64,000 bases of DNA. Source: Myxococcota bacterium. Lineage in GTDB: Bacteria; Myxococcota_A; UBA9160; UBA4427. Below the pieces are notes generated by a model. It ran no database searches and was not told the origin of the DNA. It saw only the letters and a list, made by a program, of their open reading frames with translations. Of the stretch, positions 48,993 to 60,302 are shown piece by piece. Made by a program: the position numbers and the translations under genes. Every line of letters begins with the position of its first letter. The stretch's first letter is position 1. Location: assembly GCA_036336835.1 (NCBI GenBank), contig JAYZFK010000093.1, forward strand, positions 20,098 to 84,097. Direction: 5' to 3'.

Positions 48993-49936
48993 TGGAGACG
49001 CTCCGCTGTGAAGGCACGCCGCGTGCCCTTGGGCTCGATCAGGGCCGTGTTTGCGCCTCGGCCATCAGAGTCTGGCTCGTGTCGCGCGGTCTACGAGCCA
49101 GGCCACGGACCCTGCCGACGCTGCGGAGGCTGACCGGTGGCGCCACGCTCGGCGCCGGGGTCGGGCGCGAGGTGGTCCGTCACTACCCGCACCTGGTCGA
49201 GCGCATGTCCGGGATCGCGCGCGCGGCCCGCGTTCCAATCGAGTCCCTGATGGACGACGTCGTGGCCTCTGCCTACGGGGGCGGCGACCACCCGCTTACT
49301 GCTCCTGCGGTGGCGGTCGGTGCGAGAGAGGCCAGCGACGCGAGCAGCGCTGTGATCGCGCGCGCCCTTGCCCCGGACCTCCCCTGGATCGCGCGCGGCA
49401 GCCAGCCGGAGATCGGGTTCGGATCGGTCGAGATCACGCTGCCCTGGCTGGTCGGCGGGATCGCCGGTCTCAACGAGGCCGGGCTGGCCGCCGTCGTCGC
49501 CTCGTCGCCTTCGGGCTCGGTCGAGCCCGGGCTCGCTGCGGCGCCGGCCTGGCTGTTGGTCCAGGATTGTCTGCAGCGCTTCGCCGCGCTCGATGCGTCA
49601 CTCGAGTGGTGCCTGCGCCGCCCGTGCGCCGGCGAGTTCTCGCTGTTGTTGGGCGACGCCGAGGGAGAGTTTGCGGTGGTCGACGTCTCTGCCAGGGGGA
49701 GTCGCCTACGGCAGCGGGGACAGGACAGCGCGCTGGCCGGGGGGACGGCCGCTGCGGAGACGTCCGTGCGCAAACGCATCGCTGAGGCGGAGCGCTTCAC
49801 GGGAGACTGGCTCCGCGGAGACGACGTGGCCGAGGGGGAGATGGCGCAGGTGAGGCTTCGCCCATCGTCGCGCGAACTCGAGTGGCGAGGGCCCGCTGGC
49901 GATCCCCTCATCCTGCGAGCCGGCCGGACCGAATGA
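48992..49936 (+). CDS. Hypothetical protein, possibly a degenerate C45/Ntn-hydrolase (acyltransferase) fold
   Basis: TGATG overlap with larE; GTPRALGLDQG, ERMSGIARAA, GGIAGLNEAGLA, LLGDAEG resemble C45-family motifs; no obvious catalytic Cys. Confidence 0.5.
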   Translation: METLRCEGTPRALGLDQGRVCASAIRVWLVSRGLRARPRTLPTLRRLTGGATLGAGVGREVVRHYPHLVERMSGIARAARVPIESLMDDVVASAYGGGDHPLTAPAVAVGAREASDASSAVIARALAPDLPWIARGSQPEIGFGSVEITLPWLVGGIAGLNEAGLAAVVASSPSGSVEPGLAAAPAWLLVQDCLQRFAALDASLEWCLRRPCAGEFSLLLGDAEGEFAVVDVSARGSRLRQRGQDSALAGGTAAAETSVRKRIAEAERFTGDWLRGDDVAEGEMAQVRLRPSSRELEWRGPAGDPLILRAGRTE

Positions 49937-49947
49937 TGTGACCTCGG

Positions 49948-51474
49948 TCAGCGGCGGTTGCGACCGCCGCCACCGCCACCGCCACCGCCGCCGCCACGAC
50001 CGCCGCCGCCACGACCGCCGCCGCCACGACCGCCGCCGCCACGACCGCGTCGGGGGCGCGGCCGGTCTTCGCGGCGCTCGTCGGCCTTGCGCGTCGAGCC
50101 GTCGCTGGATTCGCTCGCGGCGTCGTCCGCAATGAGCTCTCCTTCGGTGACGGTCGTCTCGGGTCGGTGCTCGACGAGGTAGGCCGCTGCGATGGCCGCG
50201 AGATCGCGGCGGCCCTCGGCACTGTTCGACAGCTCGTCGACGATGGGCACCATGCGGTCGACGTGTAGATCGCGCTGGGTCGGCGACATGTGCCGCATCT
50301 CCTGCTCGATCTTGACTTCGAGCCGTTCGCGGATCCGGATGGTGATGTCCTTCTCCGTCGGCGGCTTGCGCTCGGTGATCGAGATCTTCGTGACGTTCTC
50401 GAGGTACTTGAAGTTGCCGATATCGAGGCCCGACACCAGCGAGAGTGCGATGCCGCTCTTGCCGGCTCGTCCGGTCCGACCCGTGCGGTGGACGTAGACC
50501 TCGGGCGACTCCGGTGCGGCGTAGCTGATGACGTGGCTCAGATCGCTGATGTCGAGCCCGCGCGCCGCGACGTCGGTCGCGACGAGGAAGCGCAGCTCGC
50601 CGGCCTTGATGCGCCGGATCGCCTGCTCGCGCGCGGCCTGATTCAGGTCGCCGGAGATCTGGTCGGCGTCGATTTCGCGCTTCTGGAGGAAGCTGGTGAC
50701 ATACCGAACGTCGGCCTTGGTGTTGCAGAAGATGATGGCGCTCTCGGGGTCCTCGTACTCGATGACGCGCGCGAGCACATTCTCCTTCTCCTGTGCCGTG
50801 CACACGTAGAAGAAGTGTTCGATCTCCTGCGGTGCCACCTGCCCCTCGGAGAGCGTCACGAACTGCTCGTCATTCAGGAAGAAGCGAGCTAGCGAGCGGA
50901 CCTTCTCGGGCATCGTCGCGCTGAACAGATAGGAGCTGCGACCTTCCGTCGGCAGGTAGCTGCGTATCTCGCGCATGTCGGGCCAGAAGCCGAGCGAGAG
51001 CATCTCGTCGGCCTCGTCGAGGATCAGGATCTTGACGTGATCGAGGTGCATGCGGCTCGAGCCGAGGTGATCGAGCACTCGCCCGGGTGTTCCCACGACC
51101 ACGTGCGCGCCGGCCTCGAGGCCTTCGAGCTGCGCGCCGTAGCCGACGCCCCCATAGATGGGGAGCACGCGCACGCCGCGGTGCCTGCCCAGCGCGCTGA
51201 GCTCGAGCGCGACCTGGTTGGCCAGCTCGCGCGTCGGCAGCATCACCAGCGCCTGCGTCTCCGCCAGGTCGCAGTCGACCGCTTCGACGATCGGGATGCC
51301 GAAGGCGCCGGTCTTTCCGCTGCCGGTGCGCGCCTGGACGATCAGATCGTGACCTTCGCGCATCAGCGGGATGGTCTTGGACTGAACGGGCATCGGGTCC
51401 GCCCAGCCGAGATCGCGGATAGCGGCCTGGATATCCTCGGCGCACGCGGCGAAAAGTTCTGAGAGTTCGGCCAT
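49948..51474 (-). CDS. DEAD-box RNA helicase with RGG tail
   Basis: Q motif, ARTGSGKT, PTRELA, TPGR, DEAD, SAT, ARGLD, HRTGRTGRAG; Gly/Arg-rich C-terminus. Confidence 0.95.
   Translation of the reverse strand: MAELSELFAACAEDIQAAIRDLGWADPMPVQSKTIPLMREGHDLIVQARTGSGKTGAFGIPIVEAVDCDLAETQALVMLPTRELANQVALELSALGRHRGVRVLPIYGGVGYGAQLEGLEAGAHVVVGTPGRVLDHLGSSRMHLDHVKILILDEADEMLSLGFWPDMREIRSYLPTEGRSSYLFSATMPEKVRSLARFFLNDEQFVTLSEGQVAPQEIEHFFYVCTAQEKENVLARVIEYEDPESAIIFCNTKADVRYVTSFLQKREIDADQISGDLNQAAREQAIRRIKAGELRFLVATDVAARGLDISDLSHVISYAAPESPEVYVHRTGRTGRAGKSGIALSLVSGLDIGNFKYLENVTKISITERKPPTEKDITIRIRERLEVKIEQEMRHMSPTQRDLHVDRMVPIVDELSNSAEGRRDLAAIAAAYLVEHRPETTVTEGELIADDAASESSDGSTRKADERREDRPRPRRGRGGGGRGGGGRGGGGRGGGGGGGGGGGRNRR
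49985..50044. repeat. 4 x 15-bp perfect tandem repeat (CCGCCGCCGCCACGA) encoding RGGGG units in the helicase tail
   Basis: Four exact copies read directly from the sequence. Confidence 0.9.
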
Positions 51475-51533
51475 CTGGCGAGGCAGGCTATCCGGGCAGG
51501 GGTGCTTCGGCAACCTGCTAGCCTTCGCGCCCG

Positions 51534-51839
51534 ATGTCGCGAATCTCCCCCGAAGAAGTCGAGCGCACGGCTCATCTCGCCCGGCTCGAGCTCTCGGCCG
51601 ACGAGCGCGACGCGATGACACGCGACCTCGATCGCATCCTCGACTACGTCGCGTCGCTCCAGCGACTCGACACCGAGGGCATCGAGCCGACCTCTCACCC
51701 CATCCCCGTCCCGACCCCGTTGCGGGCGGACGAGGCGGCCGTGCCGATCGACCCGGCGCTGGCAATATTGAACGCGCCGCAGGCGGAGGGGACGGCCTTC
51801 GTCGTACCCAAGGTGATCGCCTCCGAAGACGAAGGCTGA
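51534..51839 (+). CDS. gatC: Asp/Glu-tRNA amidotransferase subunit C
   Basis: AHLARLEL, IEPTSHP, NAP...FVVPKVI; upstream of gatA. Confidence 0.93.
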   Translation: MSRISPEEVERTAHLARLELSADERDAMTRDLDRILDYVASLQRLDTEGIEPTSHPIPVPTPLRADEAAVPIDPALAILNAPQAEGTAFVVPKVIASEDEG

Positions 51840-51847
51840 CCGTTGCC

Positions 51848-53304
51848 ATGCCGGAGACGCTCGACACGGTGCCCCTGCAGCGCGACGCCCTGGGGCAGGG
51901 GCGCGTCTCTTCGCGCGAGCTCACGACGGCGTCGCTCGAGCGGGCCGAGTGTTGTGAGGCGCTCCGGCTGGTCGTCGGGACGCGGGCCGAAGCGGCGCTG
52001 GCCGAGGCGGACGCCGCCGACGCCCGGCGCTCGCGCGGAGAGTCGCTCGGCCCGCTCGACGGTATCCCGGCCCTGATCAAGGACAACATGGTCCAGCTCG
52101 GCGAGCCGACGACCTGCGCCTCGCGGATGCTCGAGAACTTCGTCTCTCCCTACGATGGCGCCATGGCCGAACGGCTGGCGGCGGCGGGTGCTGTGATCAT
52201 CGGGCGCACCAACATGGACGAGTTCGCAATGGGCTCGTCGACCGAGAACACGATCCACGGGGCGGCCTGCAACCCGTGGGACCCCGAGCGGGCCTGCGGG
52301 GGCTCGTCCGGTGGCTCCGCGGGCAGCGTGGCAGCGGGGATCACCGCTCTCGCCCTCGGCAGCGACACGGGGGGTTCGGTCCGGCAGCCGGCCGCGTTCT
52401 GCGGTGTCAGCGGCATGAAGCCCACCTACGGGCGCGTCTCGCGTTGGGGTCTGGTGGCGTTCGCCTCCTCGCTCGACCAGATCGGCCCGCTCGCGCACAG
52501 TGCGCGCGAGTGCGCGATGGTGCTCGAAGCGATCTGCGGTCACGATCCGCGGGATTCGACCTCGATCCCGGAGCCTGCGCCCGCGCTCGAAGCCCAGCTC
52601 TCGGGCGACGTCTCGGGCCTGGTGATCGGGCTGCCGCGCGAGTACTTCGAGCTCGAGGGCGCCGAACCCGCCGTTCTCGAGCGAGTGCGCCAGGCGGTCG
52701 ATGCGCTCGAGCGGATGGGGGCCAAGGCGCGCGAGGTCTCACTGCCCCACACGTCGTACGGCATCGCGGCCTACTACCTGATCGCGACGGCCGAGGCTTC
52801 GAGCAACCTCGCCCGCTACGACGGCGTTCGCTACGGCCGGCGTGTCTCGGCCGACGACCTGGGCGAGATGTACCGGCGGACGCGCAGCGAGGGCTTTGGC
52901 GACGAAGTGAAGCGGCGGATCGTGCTGGGTACCTACGTGCTCTCGGCCGGCTACTACGACGCCTACTATCGCAAGGCGCAGCAGGTGCGAACCCTGTTGC
53001 GGCGCGATTTCGAGCAAGCGTTCGAGGGGTGTGACGTGATCGCGACGCCCACCAGCCCGGAGACCGCTTTCCGGCTGGGCGAGAAGGCGTCCGACCCCCT
53101 GCGGATGTATCTGTCGGATGTCTACACCGTGTCTGCACCGTTGGCGGGCATCCCCTGTATCTCGGTTCCCTGTGGCGAGGCCGAAGGCCTCCCCGTCGGG
53201 CTGCAGCTGCTCGGTCCCGCGCTCGGCGAGGCGGTGGTCCTGCGCGCGGCCGACGCCTACCAGCGAGTGACCGATCATCACGAGCGTCGCCCGGAGATCG
53301 CGCT

Positions 53305-53308
<4 letters not shown>
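51848..53308 (+). CDS. gatA: Asp/Glu-tRNA amidotransferase subunit A
   Basis: IKDN, NMDEFAMGSSTE, GGSSGGS, GSDTGGSVRQPA, SSNLARYDGVRYG. Confidence 0.96.
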
Positions 53309-54791
<1,483 letters not shown>

Positions 54792-54792
<1 letters not shown>

Positions 54793-56897
54793 TGCGAACG
54801 CTCGCGCGAGTCGCGCTCGGGCTCGTCGCACTTGGGCTCGCGGGGCTGGTCGTGCTGACTCTCGCCCTGCCGGCGATCGTCGATGGCGCCGAGCTGCGCA
54901 CGCGCCTGGACCGCGCCACGCGCGACACGATCGGCCGAAGCCTCGAGTACGGCGAGCTCGAGATCGGCATCCTGCCGCCGCGCATCGAGGTGAGCGACAT
55001 CGTGGTTGGCGGTGCGACGCCCGGCGCCGCGCCCGCCTTGCGTGCGGGCCGTGCCGCATTCGCGCTCGCCTGGCGGCCGCTGCTGCGGGGCGATGCCGTG
55101 GTCGACTCGCTCGTGATCGACGGCGCCGAGCTGCGCATGCTGCGCACGAGCGAGGGCCTCGACCTGCTGGCCGCAGCCTTGCCCGCGGCCACCGCCGCTC
55201 CTGCGGCGGCCGACTCGCCGATCTCGCTGCGGCGCATCTCGTTGCGCGGGTCGCGCATCGTGTTCGACGATCGCGTCGCCGCACCGCCGGTGGTCTGGGC
55301 GCTCGAGAACGTCCGGCTCGACGCGACGGGCGAACCGACCTCCGCGCCGGTGGACTTCGCCCTGGCGGCGCAGCTCGCCAGCGGTGGCGCGCTGCGAATC
55401 GAGGGGCGCGCGGCGCTCGCGGGCGAGAGCAAAGCCGTCATCGAGCTCGCGGACTTCTCGTTCGCGCCACTTGCGAGCTATCTCGAAGCCCTCGATCGCG
55501 CGGCCGGAGCCGGCTCGCTGGAGATCGACCTGGTGCGAGTGCCCGACGGTGCGATCGAGCTCGCGGCAAGGGCGTCGAGCGAAGCGCTGGACGCCGCATC
55601 GGGCGGCACGACGGCATCCGGCGCCGTCGACGTGACCGCGCAGCTGCGCTTCCAGGACGGCGTGCTCGAGGGCCCGTACACCGTGGAGTTGACGGGCGCG
55701 ACGCTCGATATCGCCGACGGCGCCGTCCACAAGGCAGCCGGCGAGCCCGGTCGTCTCGAGGGTCGCGTGCGCATCGACGCCGCCGGGACGACCAGCGAGT
55801 TTCATCTCCAGCTGCGCAACCTGGGAGCGGAAGCGAGGCTTCGCAGCGCACCGTCGCTGCGGGTCGAGCTCGCGGTCCCCGAATTTGCGCTCGAGGGCTG
55901 GGAAGAGACGGTGCCCGCGCTCGCAGGCTACGCACCGAGCGGCGAGCTCGTCGTCGATCGGCTCGTCTATACCGACGAGCCAGCGCAGCTGCGGGGCAGC
56001 GTCGAGCTGCGACGCACCGTCGTTGCAGGGGGCGACGGTGTGGTGCCGATCGAGATCGTGGGCTTCGTCGATGCAACCGGGACCGATCTGGTGCTGCGCC
56101 AGATGTTCGCCACGACGGGCTCGGCGCGCTTCCGGCTCGAGGGCGGCATCTCCGATCTGTTCGGAGCGCGCGATCTTTCCGTGCGCCTGAGCACGCCCGA
56201 GCCGATCGAGAGCAACAGCGTCTTCTCGCTGATCGACGGGCTCCGCGACGCGGTCTTCGGGGCGTTCGAGCTCGAGCTCGACGCCGGGCTTTCCCTCGCA
56301 GACGCGGCGGCGCGGCGCCCGGCCCTCGAGCGCCTGTCGGGCGAGCTGTTCTTCCAGATCGGTGGCGATCAGGCGGGTGGGCGACTGCGGGGGGTGTCGC
56401 TGCTGCGCCAGGTCTTCGATCGCTTCGGCCCGCTCGGCCACGCGGCCCTGCTCGTGCTGCCCGCGCAGCGCGGTCGAACGCTCGACGAGTACTACTCGGA
56501 GGAATTCCGGGTGGCCGGGGGCAGGTTTCGCATCGACGGCGGCGAGGCGCGCACCGACGACCTGTACATCGTGCACGAGAAGTACCGCGCGAATCTGCGC
56601 GGAGCGGTGCGGCTGGCCGACTGGGCGCTCGATCTGCGCGGCGAGATCGTGATCGGCAGCGAGCTCGATGCGGCGCTCTCGGGTGCGCCGACCGGCCGCG
56701 AGCGCACGATTCCACTCGCCCGTGTCGGCGGCACGCTGACCGATCCGACGATTGCGCTGCGCGACGAGGATGTCTCGCGCTTCGTTGCGCAGTACGCGCT
56801 GCGCAGTGACGGCAAGCTCGGCAGGAAGATCGACGAGGCGCTCGGCGCCGGGGCGTCCGATCTGCTGCGCGAGGTGCTCGGCGGTGGAGGGCGCTGA
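54792..56897 (+). CDS. AsmA-family (bridge-like) envelope protein
   Basis: N-terminal TM, TIGRSL, AWRPLLRG, beta-rich body, C-terminal LDLRG...VGGTLTDP. Confidence 0.7.
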
Positions 56898-56898
56898 C

Positions 56899-57951
56899 AT
56901 GGGCGATGACTGGTTCACTCTTCGCTGGGCCGATCCGGTGGTCGAGCTGCTCGACCAGCGTCTGCTGCCCGACCGCGAGGAGATTCTGCGGCTCGAGACG
57001 CTGGAGGAGGTGGCACAGGCGATCGAGGACCTCGCCGTCCGCGGCGCCCCGGCGATTGGCTGTGCCGCGGGTCTCGGGATCGCGCTGGCAGCACGCACCA
57101 GCCGAGCCGCGGATCCAGATGCACTGGTCGCCGAGCTCGAGCCCGCCTTCGAACGGCTCGGCGCGACGCGACCCACAGCCGTCAACCTGTTCTACGCGCT
57201 CGGCCGCATGCGCGAGGCGCTGCACGCTGCTCGCAGTGCTTCGGGCGCCAGCGCCGACTCGCTTCGCACGCGGCTGGTGGCCGAGGCGCAGCGCCTGATC
57301 GATGAGGATCTCGCCAGCTGTCGCGCGATTGGTCGCGTCGCGCTCGAGCTGGTGCCGCAGAACGCGCGCATCCTGACCCACTGCAACGCCGGCGCTCTCG
57401 CAACCGCGGGCTACGGCACGGCGCTCGGAGTCGTGCGCGCGGCTGCCGAGCAGGGTCGTGCGCCGCGGGTGCTCGCCGGGGAGACGCGGCCGTTCCTGCA
57501 GGGTGCAAGGCTTACCGCCTGGGAGCTCGCGCGCGATCGTATCCCCGTGACGGTGCACACCGACAGCATGGCGGGCTCACTGCTGCAACGCGGGGAGGTC
57601 GACATCGTGGTCGTCGGGGCCGACCGGATCGCGCGCAACGGCGACGTGGCAAACAAGGTGGGAACCTATCCGCTAGCCGTGCTGGCCCGCGAACACGGTG
57701 TGCCTTTCTACGTCGCTGCTCCACTCGCAACGGTCGACTTCGAGACCGCGACGGGAGATTCGATTCCGATCGAGGAACGGGGGCGCTCGGAGATCGCGGA
57801 ACTCGGCGGTACGAAGATCCTGCCAGACGGTGTGGGCGTCCGTCATCCCGCCTTCGACGTCACACCGGCGCAGCTCGTGTCGGCGATCGTCACCGAGCGC
57901 GGCATTGCGCGCGCCGACTACGGGGAGTCGCTGTCCGCCCTTCGCGGCTGA
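56899..57951 (+). CDS. mtnA: S-methyl-5-thioribose-1-phosphate isomerase
   Basis: LLDQRLLP, VRGAPAIG, TRPTAVNL, LTHCNAGALAT, ETRPFLQGARLT, NKVGTY, PAFDVTP. Confidence 0.95.
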   Translation: MGDDWFTLRWADPVVELLDQRLLPDREEILRLETLEEVAQAIEDLAVRGAPAIGCAAGLGIALAARTSRAADPDALVAELEPAFERLGATRPTAVNLFYALGRMREALHAARSASGASADSLRTRLVAEAQRLIDEDLASCRAIGRVALELVPQNARILTHCNAGALATAGYGTALGVVRAAAEQGRAPRVLAGETRPFLQGARLTAWELARDRIPVTVHTDSMAGSLLQRGEVDIVVVGADRIARNGDVANKVGTYPLAVLAREHGVPFYVAAPLATVDFETATGDSIPIEERGRSEIAELGGTKILPDGVGVRHPAFDVTPAQLVSAIVTERGIARADYGESLSALRG

Positions 57952-57998
57952 CATGACGGCGCTCATCGCTTCGCGGCGGCCCGATTCCGAACCAGCTC

Positions 57999-58214
57999 GT
58001 GAGGCGCGGTCTCAAGCTGGCACGCGATCGGGATAAGCCCTACCTCTTTCTCGGCCGCCTGTACCAGGCGACGGGCAAGATCGACGCGGCCGAGAAGATG
58101 CTCGCAAGCGCCGTCGAGATCCTCCCCGAGTCGGTCGAGGCGTAGCGCGAGCTGCGGCTGATCGACATGCGACGCAGCAAGCAGGGGCTCATCGGGCGCA
58201 TCCTCCGCCGCTGA
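57999..58214 (+). pseudogene. Remnant of the C-terminus of a TPR-containing protein, with an in-frame TAG
   Basis: [73 protein letters not shown] at 58143-58145. Confidence 0.65.
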
Positions 58215-58230
58215 GCTTTCGGAGGCTCGG

Positions 58231-59166
58231 ATGGCGGACGATGCGGGAACGGGAGTTCAGGGCGAAGCGATCTGGCTGGACGGCAAGTTCGTCGCCTGGG
58301 ACGAGGCGCGCGTTCACGTCCTGACGCACACCCTCCATTACGGGCTCGGTGTCTTCGAGGGGATTCGCTGCTACCGCACGAGCGACGGGCGATCGGCGGT
58401 GTTCCGGCTCTCGGAACACATCGATCGGCTGTTCGACTCCGCCCACATCAACCTGCTCGACGTGCCGTTTCCGCGCGAGCAGGTGCTCGAGGCATGCCTC
58501 GAGACACTGCGCCGCAACCACCTCGACGAGGGCTACATCCGGCCGCTGGTGTTCCTGGGAGCGGGCGCGATGGGGCTCAACCCGGGCTCGAATCCGGTGC
58601 GGGTCGCCGTGATCGCGTGGGAGTGGGGCGCCTATCTCGGCAAGGAAGGCATGGAGCGTGGCATTCGCGCCAAGGTGTCGACCTTCTCGCGCCAGCATGT
58701 GAACGCGAAGATGACCAAGGGCAAGACCTGCGGCGACTACGTCAACTCGATCCTCGCCAAGCGCGAGGCCCTGCTCGATGGCTACGACGAGGCCATCATG
58801 CTCGATACGCAGGGACTGGTCTCGGAAGCCACGGGCGAGAACCTGTTCACCGTACGAGGTGGAGTGGTCAAGACGCCGCCGCTGCCGACCGTGCTCGACG
58901 GCATCACGCGCAACTCGGTGATCGAGATCGCGCGCGACGCGGACATCGAGGTGGTGGAGGCGCCGATTACACGCGACGAGCTCTACATCGCGGACGAGGT
59001 GTTCTTGACGGGAACGGCCGCCGAGGTGACGCCGATCCGCGAGATCGATCGGCGCGCCGTGGGTGAGGGACGCCGAGGCCCGGTGGCAAGGCAGCTGCAG
59101 GAGTCGTTCTTCCGCGCGGCCAAGGGCGAAGACGAACGTTATGTTCGCTGGCTCACGCACCTCTGA
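58231..59166 (+). CDS. ilvE: Branched-chain amino acid aminotransferase
   Basis: [46 protein letters not shown]. Confidence 0.96.
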   Translation: MADDAGTGVQGEAIWLDGKFVAWDEARVHVLTHTLHYGLGVFEGIRCYRTSDGRSAVFRLSEHIDRLFDSAHINLLDVPFPREQVLEACLETLRRNHLDEGYIRPLVFLGAGAMGLNPGSNPVRVAVIAWEWGAYLGKEGMERGIRAKVSTFSRQHVNAKMTKGKTCGDYVNSILAKREALLDGYDEAIMLDTQGLVSEATGENLFTVRGGVVKTPPLPTVLDGITRNSVIEIARDADIEVVEAPITRDELYIADEVFLTGTAAEVTPIREIDRRAVGEGRRGPVARQLQESFFRAAKGEDERYVRWLTHL

Positions 59167-59172
59167 ACGGGG

Positions 59173-59493
59173 CTACTGCAGGACGGCGTCCCGCTTGATG
59201 TAGCGGCCGTCGCGCTGACCATCGAAGAACGCACGCAGCAGCGGGTGGCGGATCGGCGTGCTCGCCATGTCGCGTTCCAGGTTGCGTTCGGCGACGTAGG
59301 TCATGTGCGAGGCGTCGTGGACCAGGACGTGGTACCAGGGCGCATCCTTCGGGGGCGTGGACTTCGCCATCGTCTCGTACCACTCGTCGCTGCCCTGGAA
59401 CTGGGGATCGACGTCGACGATCACCCCGCGGTAGCCGAAGCGCTGGTGACAGATCACCTCCCCGACGGCGTAGTGCGCTTCGACCTCCTGCAC
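59173..59493 (-). CDS. hspQ: Heat shock protein HspQ
   Basis: GYRGVIVDVDP, PWYHVLV, TYVAERNL, IRHP. Confidence 0.88.
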   Translation of the reverse strand: MQEVEAHYAVGEVICHQRFGYRGVIVDVDPQFQGSDEWYETMAKSTPPKDAPWYHVLVHDASHMTYVAERNLERDMASTPIRHPLLRAFFDGQRDGRYIKRDAVLQ

Positions 59494-59559
59494 GGCCCAA
59501 GCATAGGCCCGAAATCACGGGCATTTCTGGCCGGCCCCCGGTGCAGCACCGGGGCTGCA

Positions 59560-59588
59560 TTGACCGACGATGTATTACGTTGTATCAC
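59560..59588 (+). promoter_or_regulatory. Putative sigma70 promoter overlapped by TGTATYAC direct repeats
   Basis: TTGACC (59560-65), N17, TATCAC; TGTATTAC at 59571-78 and TGTATCAC at 59581-88. Confidence 0.5.
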
Positions 59589-59616
59589 ATTCGATTACGC
59601 GCCTGGAGGAGGCACG

Positions 59617-60273
59617 ATGTCGACGAACGAACACGAGGACGCGACCCGCAGCGGGCCGGGCCGAGGCGATTTCGAGGGTGCCGAGGGCAGAGCTCGGCGA
59701 GACGGCCCGCGCCGTGGGCGCAAGGAGCGGGTGCTCCACACGCGCATCTCGGATGAGCTGTCCGAGGACATCCGCCGCTTCGCGGAGGATCTCCGGGTGC
59801 CGGCCTCGAATCTGGTGCGCAACGTACTGGAGGAGGTCTTCAGCGTCGTCGAGACGGTGTCCGACAACGTGGGCGACTTGTTCGAGGATCTGCTCGAGGA
59901 GGCCGAGGAAGCGCGCGAGCGGATGCATCACCGCAGGGAGCGCCACGATCAGCGGCACAGCCGGCGCGATCGCCCGCGCCACGGTCGGCGGAGCCACCGC
60001 CGCCGCGGGGGGCACGACGCGGACATCGAGGACGAGCTGCAGCGCGACGAGCAGGCCGAGCCCCCCCGGAGCGAGGCGCGTAGCGATGCCGACGGGAAGC
60101 GCGCCCCGAAGGAGTTTCCGGACGTGCTGGGCTGGCAGCCGCTGGTGCTGAACCGCGCACAGGCCTGTGCCGACTGCGGGCTGAATTTGCAGAAGGGCGA
60201 CCGGGCCTTCCTGGGTGTGGAGGCTGGGGGGCTCTCGGCGCTGGCTCTGTGCGCGAAGTGCGTGCGACGCTGA
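59617..60273 (+). CDS. Hypothetical protein: ribbon-helix-helix-like N-domain plus C-terminal CxxC...CxxC Zn finger
   Basis: GGAGGAGG RBS; RVLHTRISDELSEDIRRFAEDLRVPASNLVRNVLEE; CADC...CAKC. Confidence 0.65.
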   Translation: MSTNEHEDATRSGPGRGDFEGAEGRARRDGPRRGRKERVLHTRISDELSEDIRRFAEDLRVPASNLVRNVLEEVFSVVETVSDNVGDLFEDLLEEAEEARERMHHRRERHDQRHSRRDRPRHGRRSHRRRGGHDADIEDELQRDEQAEPPRSEARSDADGKRAPKEFPDVLGWQPLVLNRAQACADCGLNLQKGDRAFLGVEAGGLSALALCAKCVRR

Positions 60274-60302
60274 GGACCCCAGTCGGGCCCGAAAGCCGCG
60301 CT

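Noticed and set aside
49960..50046. Repeat considered as a CRISPR array
   Set aside because: Contiguous coding tandem repeat with no spacers and no cas genes.
58143..58145. In-frame TAG considered as pyrrolysine or recoding
   Set aside because: No pyl genes are seen, TAG is used as a normal stop throughout the window, and the fragment is also 5'-truncated.
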